DNA of 64,000 bases from positions 896,001 through 960,000 of the forward strand of contig CP060223.1 in the NCBI GenBank assembly GCA_023898465.1, in the 5' to 3' direction. The notes below the pieces were generated by a model. It was not told where the DNA came from. It worked only from the letters and a program-made list of their open reading frames with translations, and did not search any database. The stretch is from Candidatus Nomurabacteria bacterium. GTDB lineage: Bacteria; Patescibacteriota; Patescibacteriia; HK-STAS-PATE-3. The stretch's first letter is position 1. The number at the start of each line of letters is the position of its first letter. Made by a program: the position numbers and the translations under genes. This document shows positions 46,488-55,951 of the stretch, piece by piece.

Positions 46488-47539
46488 GTTCGATGAAACA
46501 ACAAAGTGAACAGCTCATTCATGCCACCGAGCGAATCTTTCGTGAATGTGTGCAGACAAATGGGGCTATCACTATCTCTCCTGATAGTAAACTGGTAATA
46601 CCTCATCACGCTGCTTTTGTTACTGTGGCAGCACCTTTTGTTGGTTTAGAGCTTGCTCCAGAATTTTTTGCTTGGGTTAAAAAAACTCTAGAGAATGAGG
46701 AGAATAACGGAGCCTTAAGTAATGCCTATGATTGGGAGGGAAAAGCAACCCATTCGCCAGCCCGATTTGCACCCGAACAAAACGGCGCCATGCTCTGGAG
46801 TATTGATGCCTATATTGAACGACATCCAGAGGAGCTGGCTCATATGAAGGAATTAGTAAGCCTGCTCGTGCAAGGAATTACTCAGCACTGGAAAAAAAAT
46901 GGATTTTCGCGTACTACTAATGAGGTATGGGGGGAACATCATCACATAGGAGCGCCTGAGATGAATCAGCGCTTTACATATGCCCTAGCCGCCTGTGCAC
47001 ATGGGCTTGAACGTGCGGCCGCTCGCTATAAGCAACGGCGATGGAAAGCTATTGCCGGGCAAATGCGTGAGCATATAAATAATGCCTGGGATGAAAACAA
47101 AAAGACTTTTCATCGCGCGCTTGGTAAACATAATGATACAAGCATTGATAGTCTAACTCTCGGACTTTGCTGGCCTTATCATATTTACGAGGCAAAAGAG
47201 AAACGCATGCAGGCAGCTGTCGAACGCATTGAAGAGGTGCTTATTGATGGTGGTGGAGTGCACCGCTTCCAATATGATTACCACGACAGCGAAGGGGATG
47301 CAGAAGATGGTGGTGGTATTTGGCCAGCTCTTAATTTTTGGATGAGCATCTATTTTGTTGAACAAGGCGATGAGGCAAAGGCGCGGGCTTACTTCCAATG
47401 GGTATTAGAACGCGTGCATGAAGAACTCCCAGAACAAATGTTTAAAGATTTTCGTATCGGCATTACTCCTTTTGCCTGGAGTCACGCACTCTTTCTCTTG
47501 GCTGCTCATAGTTTAAAACTTCTCCCAAATGAAGCGTAA
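46484..47539 (+). CDS. glycoside hydrolase family 15-like (short alpha/alpha-barrel, glucoamylase-related)
   Basis: FTYALAACAHGLERAA..., GGIWPALNFWMSIYFVEQGDEAKARAYFQWVLE, and FAWSHALFL. Confidence 0.55.
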   Translation: MSSMKQQSEQLIHATERIFRECVQTNGAITISPDSKLVIPHHAAFVTVAAPFVGLELAPEFFAWVKKTLENEENNGALSNAYDWEGKATHSPARFAPEQNGAMLWSIDAYIERHPEELAHMKELVSLLVQGITQHWKKNGFSRTTNEVWGEHHHIGAPEMNQRFTYALAACAHGLERAAARYKQRRWKAIAGQMREHINNAWDENKKTFHRALGKHNDTSIDSLTLGLCWPYHIYEAKEKRMQAAVERIEEVLIDGGGVHRFQYDYHDSEGDAEDGGGIWPALNFWMSIYFVEQGDEAKARAYFQWVLERVHEELPEQMFKDFRIGITPFAWSHALFLLAAHSLKLLPNEA

Positions 47540-49004
47540 ACTTCGCATCATGAACGTAGCTGCAGAAGTGGCTCCCTATGCCAAAACCGGGGGCCTGGCT
47601 GACGTAGTACATGCGCTACCAAAAGAATTAGTACACCAGGGCCATAGCGTCAGTATTATCATGCCCTGCTACGGCTTCATGAAAAAGCAAAATATTCCCA
47701 TGACTGAGGTGGATCGCTTCCGCATTAGTGTGGGGAGTAAAAACTTTGGAGCGACTATCTATCAAACTGAATTTTCACCAGGCTTAACAATCTACTTTGT
47801 TGCCAATCACGAACTCTTTGGTCGTTCGCGACTCTATGGCTACCCAAACGACAACACTCGCTTCATGTTCTTTTGTAAGGCCGTTGTACGCTTTATTAAA
47901 GAAATGAATAACCGGCCTCATGTCGTTCACTGCCATGATTGGCACACCGGGTTAATACCAAACTACCTCAAGCAAAAATTTAATCACGACCCATCTCTCC
48001 GCTCAATCGCAACACTCTACACGATTCACAACCTACCTTTCCAATTCGGATCAGACTGGTGGAAGGTGCCGCCAAAGCAGCAAGATGACGGACGCGGCGT
48101 ACCCCCTGAAACACCGACGAAGAAGTTGAATCGAGTAAACTTTGCCAAACGCGCCTTACTCAACGCCGACATCATCAACACGGTAAGTGAGCGCTATGCT
48201 GAAGAAATCCTCACCCCAGAATTTGGCCAAGACCTTGATGGAATACTCCGACGTCGAGAAGAAGATGTCTACGGCATTGTAAATGGCATTGACTACACCG
48301 TATATAATCCGGTGTATGATAAAAACATCCCGGTAAACTACGACTGGAACCAGCTCGATAAAAAACAGCTCAACAAAAACGCCTTGCAGCGTAAGGTTGG
48401 CCTAGAGCAAAAAGCTGATATCCCGCTCATCGGGGTAGTGAATCGCTTAAGTGAGCAAAAGGGATTTAACCTGCTACGTGAAATTGCCTACGTGCTCGTG
48501 AAGCTGCCTCTGCAGCTCGTTATTGTGGGAAGTGGACATCCGGATTATGTGCGCTTCTTTAAGCGCTTAGCAAAAAAATATCCTAAGCGGATTGGCTTTT
48601 ACTCTCCTTTTACCGAGGAGCTCGCTTCGCTTACCTATGCTGGCTCTGACATGTTCCTCATGCCCTCGCGCTATGAGCCATGTGGAATTTCCCAAATGAT
48701 CAGTTTACGATACGGCTCTATTCCGATTGTCCGAGAAACAGGCGGGCTCTCTGACACTATTACCAATTTCAATCCAAAGACGCAAAAAGGTATTGGCTTT
48801 GTATTTTCTGGATATACCAAGGAAGATTTTCTCATCGCTATTGTCCGAGCCCTCGAAACCTATCGCTATGCACAGGTCTGGGAACACCTCACCTGGCGAG
48901 CTATGAAAACGTCATACTCATGGGAGGTGCCAGCAAAAAAATATGCGCAGTTATATCGCTTAGCTTATCGACATAAACGGGCACGAAAGAAGGGGACAAC
49001 ATAA
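47529..49004 (+). CDS. glgA: glycogen/starch synthase (GT5), copy 1
   Basis: MNVAAEVAPYAKTGGLADVVHALPKEL, HCHDWHTGL, and PSRYEPCGISQM. Confidence 0.9.
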   Translation: MKRKLRIMNVAAEVAPYAKTGGLADVVHALPKELVHQGHSVSIIMPCYGFMKKQNIPMTEVDRFRISVGSKNFGATIYQTEFSPGLTIYFVANHELFGRSRLYGYPNDNTRFMFFCKAVVRFIKEMNNRPHVVHCHDWHTGLIPNYLKQKFNHDPSLRSIATLYTIHNLPFQFGSDWWKVPPKQQDDGRGVPPETPTKKLNRVNFAKRALLNADIINTVSERYAEEILTPEFGQDLDGILRRREEDVYGIVNGIDYTVYNPVYDKNIPVNYDWNQLDKKQLNKNALQRKVGLEQKADIPLIGVVNRLSEQKGFNLLREIAYVLVKLPLQLVIVGSGHPDYVRFFKRLAKKYPKRIGFYSPFTEELASLTYAGSDMFLMPSRYEPCGISQMISLRYGSIPIVRETGGLSDTITNFNPKTQKGIGFVFSGYTKEDFLIAIVRALETYRYAQVWEHLTWRAMKTSYSWEVPAKKYAQLYRLAYRHKRARKKGTT

Positions 49005-50248
49005 TGCGCTGGGCCGCCCTCCTACATATTTATCAACCTCCGCACTGGGATGCTCGCGTCATTGCTAAAGTAGTGAGTGAAAGCTATCGACCTTTAGTGG
49101 ATATTTTAACGCGAAATCCCAAGATTAAGATTACGCTAAACATCAACGCCTCGTTGACTGAGCAACTTGCTCGACATGGCTACCTCGATGTTATTGATGG
49201 ATTACGCAGCTTGGCTGAACGAGGACAAATTGAATTTACTGGCAGCGCAAAATACCACCCGATTTTACCCCTCCTGCCAGCTGATGAGGTACGTCGTCAA
49301 ATCCGCCTCAACACTGAAACAAACCGAGCTCTCTTTGGTGATATTTATCGCCCACGAGGATTTTTCCCGCCTGAGATGGCAGTCGATCTCGACCTCATCC
49401 GCATCTTAGTGGAAATGGGATTTGAATGGGTAGCAGTTGACGAATTAGCCGGTGAGAAAAAACTTGGCGATCTTCCTTTAAATAAAAAATATTTAGTTGA
49501 GCCTTTTGATATCTCTCTGGTTCTACGCAATCGTTTCATGAGCGACTATCTGGCCTTTGCGGCTCCAATTGATAAGCCAGGTGAATTTTTTGCTGAGGTA
49601 GAAAAAGAAAAACGCTCAAAGGAAATTCTCATCACTGCAATGGATGGAGAAAACCTTGGCCACCACCGTCCAGGCACTGAACGACTATGGGAGGAGTTAG
49701 TAACAAATCCTTCAGTCGAAATGGTCACCTTCACTGAAGCGCTGGAAGGTTTTAGCACGCAGGAAAAACTCATGGTGCAGGAAAGCAGTTGGTCGACTCG
49801 AGCAATTGATCGAGTCCGCAATGCACCTTATCCGCTTTGGCAGCATCCGGAAAATCAACTTCATCAACTACAGTGGTCGCTCACCACGCTCATCATCGAA
49901 GCGATTAACCAAGCAGAGAAGCGAAGTGACCACACCATTGAACAAGCTCGGATTGCTTTAGACGAGGCGCTGTCTTCTGATCAATACTGGTGGGCCTCAG
50001 CCACGCCCTGGTGGAGTGTGGAGATTATTAATGAAGGAGCCGAGCGACTTGGTAAAGTGTTAGAAGCGCTCAGTGAAGTGCCGCCCGCTACGCAGAAAGA
50101 AGCGCGACAGCTCATTCGCTCAATTCGAGAAACTTCACGTCGCTGGCAGGACAAAGGAGTTGCTTCTCAGCGTATGGCTGAATACAACAAAGAAACAAAG
50201 CAAGTACATTACATGGCTGGACAACGCATTGACGGTTCTGCCAAGTGA
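49004..50248 (+). CDS. glycoside hydrolase family 57 protein, copy 1
   Basis: LHIYQPP, GQIEFTGS, FFPPEMAV, AMDGENLGHHRPG, and SSDQYWWAS correspond to the five GH57 conserved regions. Confidence 0.8.
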   Translation: MRWAALLHIYQPPHWDARVIAKVVSESYRPLVDILTRNPKIKITLNINASLTEQLARHGYLDVIDGLRSLAERGQIEFTGSAKYHPILPLLPADEVRRQIRLNTETNRALFGDIYRPRGFFPPEMAVDLDLIRILVEMGFEWVAVDELAGEKKLGDLPLNKKYLVEPFDISLVLRNRFMSDYLAFAAPIDKPGEFFAEVEKEKRSKEILITAMDGENLGHHRPGTERLWEELVTNPSVEMVTFTEALEGFSTQEKLMVQESSWSTRAIDRVRNAPYPLWQHPENQLHQLQWSLTTLIIEAINQAEKRSDHTIEQARIALDEALSSDQYWWASATPWWSVEIINEGAERLGKVLEALSEVPPATQKEARQLIRSIRETSRRWQDKGVASQRMAEYNKETKQVHYMAGQRIDGSAK

Positions 50249-50304
50249 TTGTACGGTAGGTGCGCATAGAACTTTCATTAGACAATTAATTCCTTAGAAA
50301 AAAC

Positions 50305-51675
50305 ATGTATTGGGCAAATTTCCTGCATATTTATCAACCACCAACCCAAAAACCATATTGGGTGAAGCGAGTCACTGAAGAGTCGTATCGAAAAATCGTT
50401 GCTGAATTAAAGCGCGCTCCGGGTGCTAAACTCACTCTGAACATTAGCGCGGTGCTTGTTGAATTGCTGGATAAGAATGGATGTGGAGATGTTATTGATG
50501 ACATTCGTCTCTTGCTCGAGCGTGGACAAATTGAATTAACCAGCTCAGCAAAGTTTCATCCATTACTACCAAAGATTCCCAAGGATGAAGTTATTCGACA
50601 AATCCAACTGAACGACGAAACGCATCGTAAATATTTTGGTGAACTCTACAAGCCGAAGGGATTTTTCCCACCTGAGATGGCCTTCTCTACCGATGTGGCA
50701 AAGATCGTAAAAGAGCTGGGCTATGAATGGATCATTGTTGATGAATTATCCTTCTCTCGCGAAATCGGCAATATTGATTACAGCAAGCGCTACACGGTTG
50801 AGGGTCTGGATGATTTTTCCATCTACTTCCGTGAACGGCGCATGAGCTACAAAATCCTTTCCGGACAATTAGGATCCGGCTCGCTTCTTATTCAGAGCCT
50901 GGGTGATCGATTAAAGAAAAATGAATACCTCCTAACTGCAATGGATGGAGAAACTTTCGGCCACCACCGTCCAGGTATGGAGCACCTCCTTTTTGAGATT
51001 TACGAATCAAAGGAACTCGAAACTATCCTTATCTCGGATATCCCAAAACACTTCCCAGAGTCCACGCCGATTGATCCTTTGCCATCCACTTGGGCGCTGA
51101 TGGAAAAAGACCTTGAAAAGAATGCGCCGTTTTCTCGCTGGCTTGATCCAGGTAACACAATTCATGAACGACAATGGGAATTAACCAACCTGGCGATTAA
51201 GGCGGTACATGCAAGCGATCAAAGCGATCCAAAATTTCCTGAGGTGCGGACAGCGCTTGATCGAGCAATTCACTCAGATCAATACTGGTGGGCCTCGGCA
51301 AAACCATGGTGGAGTATGGAAATGATTGAGGCAGGCGCTAAGGAGCTGTCTGATGTGGTATTAAACGCGCCAGGCTCAAGTGAAGAGGAGAAGGAACGAG
51401 CGAAACAGCTCTACCAAGAAATTATCTATACCGGCTTTGACTGGCAGCGATCTGGTTTAGTGGAAAAGCTTTCCCAGCAAGAGGATGAGGAAATACGACA
51501 GCGAACTGATGAAGCTATTCCTGAATTACCTGCTGAAGAAATTGATAAAATTATTGCGAACTTGCGCAAAGATATCGATGATGTGGTGAAGCGAGAAGAA
51601 TACGAGCGAGCAGCTCAATTGCGCAATCGCATTAAAGAACTCGAGCAATATCGAGACAAAAAAAGTAAAGAATAA
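50305..51675 (+). CDS. glycoside hydrolase family 57 protein, copy 2, with C-terminal UVR motif
   Basis: LHIYQPP, GQIELTSS, FFPPEMAF, AMDGETFGHHRPG, and HSDQYWWAS. The tail is IDKIIANLRKDIDDVVKREEYERAAQLRNRIKELE. Confidence 0.8.
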   Translation: MYWANFLHIYQPPTQKPYWVKRVTEESYRKIVAELKRAPGAKLTLNISAVLVELLDKNGCGDVIDDIRLLLERGQIELTSSAKFHPLLPKIPKDEVIRQIQLNDETHRKYFGELYKPKGFFPPEMAFSTDVAKIVKELGYEWIIVDELSFSREIGNIDYSKRYTVEGLDDFSIYFRERRMSYKILSGQLGSGSLLIQSLGDRLKKNEYLLTAMDGETFGHHRPGMEHLLFEIYESKELETILISDIPKHFPESTPIDPLPSTWALMEKDLEKNAPFSRWLDPGNTIHERQWELTNLAIKAVHASDQSDPKFPEVRTALDRAIHSDQYWWASAKPWWSMEMIEAGAKELSDVVLNAPGSSEEEKERAKQLYQEIIYTGFDWQRSGLVEKLSQQEDEEIRQRTDEAIPELPAEEIDKIIANLRKDIDDVVKREEYERAAQLRNRIKELEQYRDKKSKE

Positions 51676-51699
51676 GCAGGTTCTTATATAGAATACGTG

Positions 51700-51727
51700 C
51701 AGCGCGTCCAAATGGGCGCGCTGTTTG
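51700..51727 (+). terminator. rho-independent terminator
   Basis: 10-bp stem cagcgcgtcc/gggcgcgctg, 4-nt loop, then tttg. Confidence 0.6.
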
Positions 51728-51753
51728 TAAAAAAATGCTACAATAAGTGAAGC

Positions 51754-52677
51754 ATGTCACGACTTTCCGCTGAAAAAGTACACTCACTACTCAAACAAAA
51801 AGCTGTTTTTAAGGCTGAGATTACCCATGTGGTACTTGAGAAACACAAAGCCTTTTCTCATTCCAGTCGACTTGCTCGCTATATCGTGTCTCTGGCAAAT
51901 GGGCAAACAAAATATATCCGAGCAAATGTTTGGCCAATCTCAGCTTTTCGTATTGCAGAAGCGCTCAGCGCACAGCAAAGCTTAAAAGCGCCTCAACCGA
52001 TATACTACGACAAGAGTAGTCACACTATTCTTTACGAGGAACTAAATGGTGACACCCTGCGCAGCGTGCCGCTCACCGCAAAAGCATGGAAGCCCATTAT
52101 TCCTAAGGTTGCTCAACTCCTAGCCGCTTTTCATCAAACGCCACTACCTAAGGGCTTAGCACCTGAGACGCAAAGCGCCGCAAAGAAGCGAAGAAAAAAC
52201 CTTGTCCAAGGAATACAAAAGGCTGATAAGGGATATGGCGCACTAGCGAAAGTTGCGTGTAGCCAGCTCGAGTCACAGATTGCTCGCCAGGCCGGAAAAG
52301 TAAAGGCACTCACCCATGGCGATTTCCAGGCAAGTAATATACTCATCGCAAAAAAGAATCTCTCGCTTATTGACTTCACGCTGAGTCGACCAAATCATCC
52401 AGCCAGCGACCTTGGTCTCTGGTTAGTACATTGGCAGGCTATGACGCGCGATCACCTTAGTCACACACAAAGGGAAGAGTTGGGCTATCTCTTTTTACAG
52501 TACTACTTCTCAGCCGTGCCAAAGGCCTGGCACGCACCTATCCGAGCAATGCTTCCAGTCTATGTGAGCGAGGCCACGCTCGAGGTCGCCGCTACCACCT
52601 TGCTTATGTACGGCGCCCACGATACCAATGTTCGCGCATTACTTGATGAATTATTTTCTAGTTTGCACTATGTCTGA
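51754..52677 (+). CDS. aminoglycoside-phosphotransferase-fold kinase (substrate unknown; maltokinase-like role possible)
   Basis: HGDFQASNILI catalytic loop and LIDFT (DFG-equivalent). Confidence 0.6.
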   Translation: MSRLSAEKVHSLLKQKAVFKAEITHVVLEKHKAFSHSSRLARYIVSLANGQTKYIRANVWPISAFRIAEALSAQQSLKAPQPIYYDKSSHTILYEELNGDTLRSVPLTAKAWKPIIPKVAQLLAAFHQTPLPKGLAPETQSAAKKRRKNLVQGIQKADKGYGALAKVACSQLESQIARQAGKVKALTHGDFQASNILIAKKNLSLIDFTLSRPNHPASDLGLWLVHWQAMTRDHLSHTQREELGYLFLQYYFSAVPKAWHAPIRAMLPVYVSEATLEVAATTLLMYGAHDTNVRALLDELFSSLHYV

Positions 52678-54130
52678 ACGCATCCTCTTTATCTCAGCCG
52701 AAGTAACACCGCTCGCAAAAGTCGGGGGACTGGCCGATGTGGTTGGCGCCCTACCTCCAGCTCTACGAAAACTGGGAGCTGACGCTCGTATCCTCATGCC
52801 AAAGTATGGCGTGATTGATGAAGAAAAATATCCCATGGAAATACGTGGGCAAGGCATCCCAGTCCAGATTGGACAAGGTACGGTGTATGTCGATCTATGG
52901 GAAACAAAATTACCTAATACTGACACTCCGGTCTATCTCATTGGTAATGACAAATTTTTCGGAGGAAGCCGTATCTATTTTGATGCTTCAGCTTTTGCCA
53001 GCCAGTTTGTGGAATTCGAGCGATTCCTTTTCTTTGCCATGTCGAGCGTGGCCGTGCTTGATGCACTCGAATGGAAGCCTACGATTATTCACTGCCATGA
53101 TTGGCACACCGGATTAATTCCCGCTTTACTCAAGCAGGAGAAGCCTCGCATCGCGACAGTCTTCACCATTCATAACCTAGGCAACCAAGGTAAATGGAAC
53201 ACGCCAGATATTTTCCGCTTCCTAGGTTTGCAAGCGCAGGATCGCGCATCATTTAGCCTGACCGACTCCCAGGGTAATTTTAATTGTTTGCTCCAAGGTG
53301 TAGTGAATGCAGATGCGGTAAATACGGTTAGTCCGAGCTATGCCAAAGAGATTCTCACTGCCGAGTATGGAGAGGGTCTCGAAAAAACACTTCAGCAACA
53401 AGGTGACCGCCTAATGGGAATACTGAATGGGATTGATGTTGAACGCTTTGACCCGAGTCGTAATCCTGACCTACCTGAACATTTCAGTGCGGAGAAGCTT
53501 GAGGGAAAAATACGAGCTAAGGAAGCGCTTCAAAAAGAATGCAATCTCGAAGTAAATAAAGAGGTCCCTCTTTTCAGCTTCATCGGTCGACTCACTGATC
53601 AAAAAGGTATGGACCTGATCGGACAATCAGTTGAACATATTTTGAAGCTTGGTGGTCAGCTGGTTCTACTCGGCAGTGGAATGGATGAATTTGAAAAAAT
53701 TGCCCAGGAAGCGGCGGCAAAATATCCCGGGAAGGTGTACACAAAAATTGGCTTTGACGCAGCACTGGCCCAACGGATATACGCCGGAAGTGACTTTTTC
53801 CTCATGCCCTCAAAATATGAGCCATGCGGACTGGGGCAAATAATTGCCATGCGCTATGGCACTATCCCAGTAGTCCGAGCAACTGGAGGCTTGAAAGATA
53901 CCGTGCCAGACTATACCATGAATAGTGCAGAGGGTAGGGGGTTTGCTTTTACGCCATATGCGGCCAGCGATCTCCAAGATGCTATTACCCGAGCGCATCA
54001 GCTTTATCAAAACCAAACCGAGTTTATTCAACTGCAAAAACGCATCATGGGTATTGACCTCTCCTGGAAGCAATCAGCTCGCCAATACCTTGATCTCTAT
54101 ACCCGCGCCCGACAAGAACAACGACCATGA
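52670..54130 (+). CDS. glgA: glycogen/starch synthase (GT5), copy 2
   Basis: ILFISAEVTPLAKVGGLADVVGALPPAL, HCHDWHTGL, and PSKYEPCGLGQI. Confidence 0.9.
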   Translation: MSERILFISAEVTPLAKVGGLADVVGALPPALRKLGADARILMPKYGVIDEEKYPMEIRGQGIPVQIGQGTVYVDLWETKLPNTDTPVYLIGNDKFFGGSRIYFDASAFASQFVEFERFLFFAMSSVAVLDALEWKPTIIHCHDWHTGLIPALLKQEKPRIATVFTIHNLGNQGKWNTPDIFRFLGLQAQDRASFSLTDSQGNFNCLLQGVVNADAVNTVSPSYAKEILTAEYGEGLEKTLQQQGDRLMGILNGIDVERFDPSRNPDLPEHFSAEKLEGKIRAKEALQKECNLEVNKEVPLFSFIGRLTDQKGMDLIGQSVEHILKLGGQLVLLGSGMDEFEKIAQEAAAKYPGKVYTKIGFDAALAQRIYAGSDFFLMPSKYEPCGLGQIIAMRYGTIPVVRATGGLKDTVPDYTMNSAEGRGFAFTPYAASDLQDAITRAHQLYQNQTEFIQLQKRIMGIDLSWKQSARQYLDLYTRARQEQRP

Positions 54131-55128
54131 AACAAAGTGAAATCCGCCAAGATTACGTTCATAACCGAGTAGTCATTATCTCGCCAGGTCGCTCAAAGCG
54201 CCCGCATGATTTTCATCCTACTGGCACGCCGCACCAGGTTCATCGAGCTGAGTGTCCGTTTTGTCCTGAGCAAGTAGATAAGGTGAAGGCGGTAGCGAGC
54301 TACAAAGGTCAAAAGCCTTGGAGTATTAAGGTTATCAAAAACATCTTCCCGGCGGTTCGGAAAGATAATCCTAAGGCCTACGGTGATCAAGAGGTTGTTA
54401 TTGAAACGCCTGAACATGATTTAGAGCTATCAGAACTTTCTGTCGAGCATATTGAGCAACTTTTGAAAGTATATGCTGACCGTACTTGGGCGCAATCAAA
54501 AGACAAGAAGATTCAATACATCATGATCTTCAAAAACAACGGGGGTCGAGCTGGCGCTTCTATTGACCATGCTCACTCTCAAGTGTTTGCCACAAACTTC
54601 CTCCCACCGCACATTGTCGATAAGCTTCGCCGCGCTGAGGAATATCTTATCCGCTATGGAACTTGTTACTACTGTGACTTGATTGCGAAAGAGGGTAAGG
54701 GACCGCGCATGATCGAGAATAATGAATTTGTTTTTGTGGAAGCTCCCTATGCTTCATCGTATAATTACGAAGCTTGGATCTTGCCAAAGCGCCACCTCGA
54801 TAATATTACGAATCTCAATAAGGCGGAACGTCTGGCTTTTGCAAGGGCGCTAAAAAATATACTTGGCAAGTTAAATAGCATTGGCCTCCCATATAATTAC
54901 TACCTGCACCAGGTGGTTCGCTATGGAAATGAACACCTTTACTTCCGTGTAGCACCGCGTCGTGATGTATGGGCAGGAGTGGAATTAGGATCGCGACTTA
55001 TTGTGAATACCGTACCACCGGAAGACGCCGCCGCCTTTTACCGCGGTGACGATGAGAAAAAGAAAGGTAAGAAAAAGTCCGCAACGAAAAAGCTTTCTAA
55101 TAAACGAAAGTCCGCCAAGCGCAAATAG
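54127..55128 (+). CDS. GalT-family (HIT superfamily) hexose-1-phosphate nucleotidyltransferase / NDP-glucose phosphorylase-like, Lys-rich tail
   Basis: PGRSKRPHDF, the CPFCPEQ zinc motif, and SIDHAHSQVFA (HxHxQ). ATGA overlap with the glgA copy 2 stop. Confidence 0.75.
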   Translation: MKQSEIRQDYVHNRVVIISPGRSKRPHDFHPTGTPHQVHRAECPFCPEQVDKVKAVASYKGQKPWSIKVIKNIFPAVRKDNPKAYGDQEVVIETPEHDLELSELSVEHIEQLLKVYADRTWAQSKDKKIQYIMIFKNNGGRAGASIDHAHSQVFATNFLPPHIVDKLRRAEEYLIRYGTCYYCDLIAKEGKGPRMIENNEFVFVEAPYASSYNYEAWILPKRHLDNITNLNKAERLAFARALKNILGKLNSIGLPYNYYLHQVVRYGNEHLYFRVAPRRDVWAGVELGSRLIVNTVPPEDAAAFYRGDDEKKKGKKKSATKKLSNKRKSAKRK

Positions 55129-55195
55129 CTCGTACTTGCCAAATCCCATGTCGTAGCCGAAGCATTGAGCTTCGGCGGCTTCAATTGATAAAAGA

Positions 55196-55254
55196 AAACC
55201 CCGACCACAGCGCTAGTCCTCGTGCATAGACACGTGGATAGATGTGATCGGGGA
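55196..55254 (-). terminator. hairpin terminator, homologous copy 1 (shares the 19-mer aaaccccgaccacagcgct with 55901-55919)
   Basis: On the minus strand, ccccgatcaca...tgtggtcgggg is followed by a T-run. Confidence 0.55.
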
Positions 55255-55264
55255 AAGTACGGAG

Positions 55265-55843
55265 CTACTGGTAGATTGACTTCACCTGACCCCAACTCCT
55301 GCTGAGGGTTGGCACCGGCCCGATTGTACCATAGGTCCGGAAGAGCCAATCATACGGCTTTTCTTCGCCTGCACTGTAGGCGGTGCCGCCAGGGTATTCG
55401 CATCCACCTTCTACCCGTCGTTCGGTGGCCCAACCGTTGTTTGAATGCGAAACAGGATGAAGGTAGTAGGTGGCGCCAGGCTGAATGGTCACACCACCGA
55501 AGTCGAAACTGATCCAGTTGTCCCCGCCCGACTCAACGTCTTGCGTCGCAACAGCCAGAACACTCTCGCCAGGCACCACTGAGTTCTGGAGAAAGAGCGT
55601 CACCGTACCCGCGGCTGGGTAAAAGAACAGCTCAACACCGCACAAGTAGTCCATCGTCGGCGTGAAAGACTGCAACAAACAACTTGAAAGTTCTTCCTCT
55701 GGAGTGCAGTACATACTGTGTCCAAAAGTCGGACCGATGATTGGTTCACAGCTCTGGTCGAGGTCACCGCAGGGTGCTTGCGCATTCGCGCTGCTTGCAC
55801 ACAGCACCACCAAAGCAAAAACGAGGCCACTGAAACGCGACAT
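55265..55843 (-). CDS. hypothetical secreted Cys-containing protein (192 aa), GC-rich
   Basis: SD GGGAGGTG. Signal peptide MSRFSGLVFALVVLCASSANA/QA. No family recognised. Confidence 0.45.
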   Translation of the reverse strand: MSRFSGLVFALVVLCASSANAQAPCGDLDQSCEPIIGPTFGHSMYCTPEEELSSCLLQSFTPTMDYLCGVELFFYPAAGTVTLFLQNSVVPGESVLAVATQDVESGGDNWISFDFGGVTIQPGATYYLHPVSHSNNGWATERRVEGGCEYPGGTAYSAGEEKPYDWLFRTYGTIGPVPTLSRSWGQVKSIYQ

Positions 55844-55900
55844 GAGACACCTCCCACTTTGTTTGTAAGGAGCCTTGATTAGCTTTACTGCTTCAATAAT

Positions 55901-55943
55901 AAACCCCGACCACAGCGCTGCGCAAGCACAGCCGTGGCCGGGG
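55901..55943 (-). terminator. hairpin terminator, homologous copy 2
   Basis: On the minus strand, ccccggccac...tgtggtcgggg is followed by ttt. Confidence 0.55.
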
Positions 55944-55951
55944 AAGTACTG

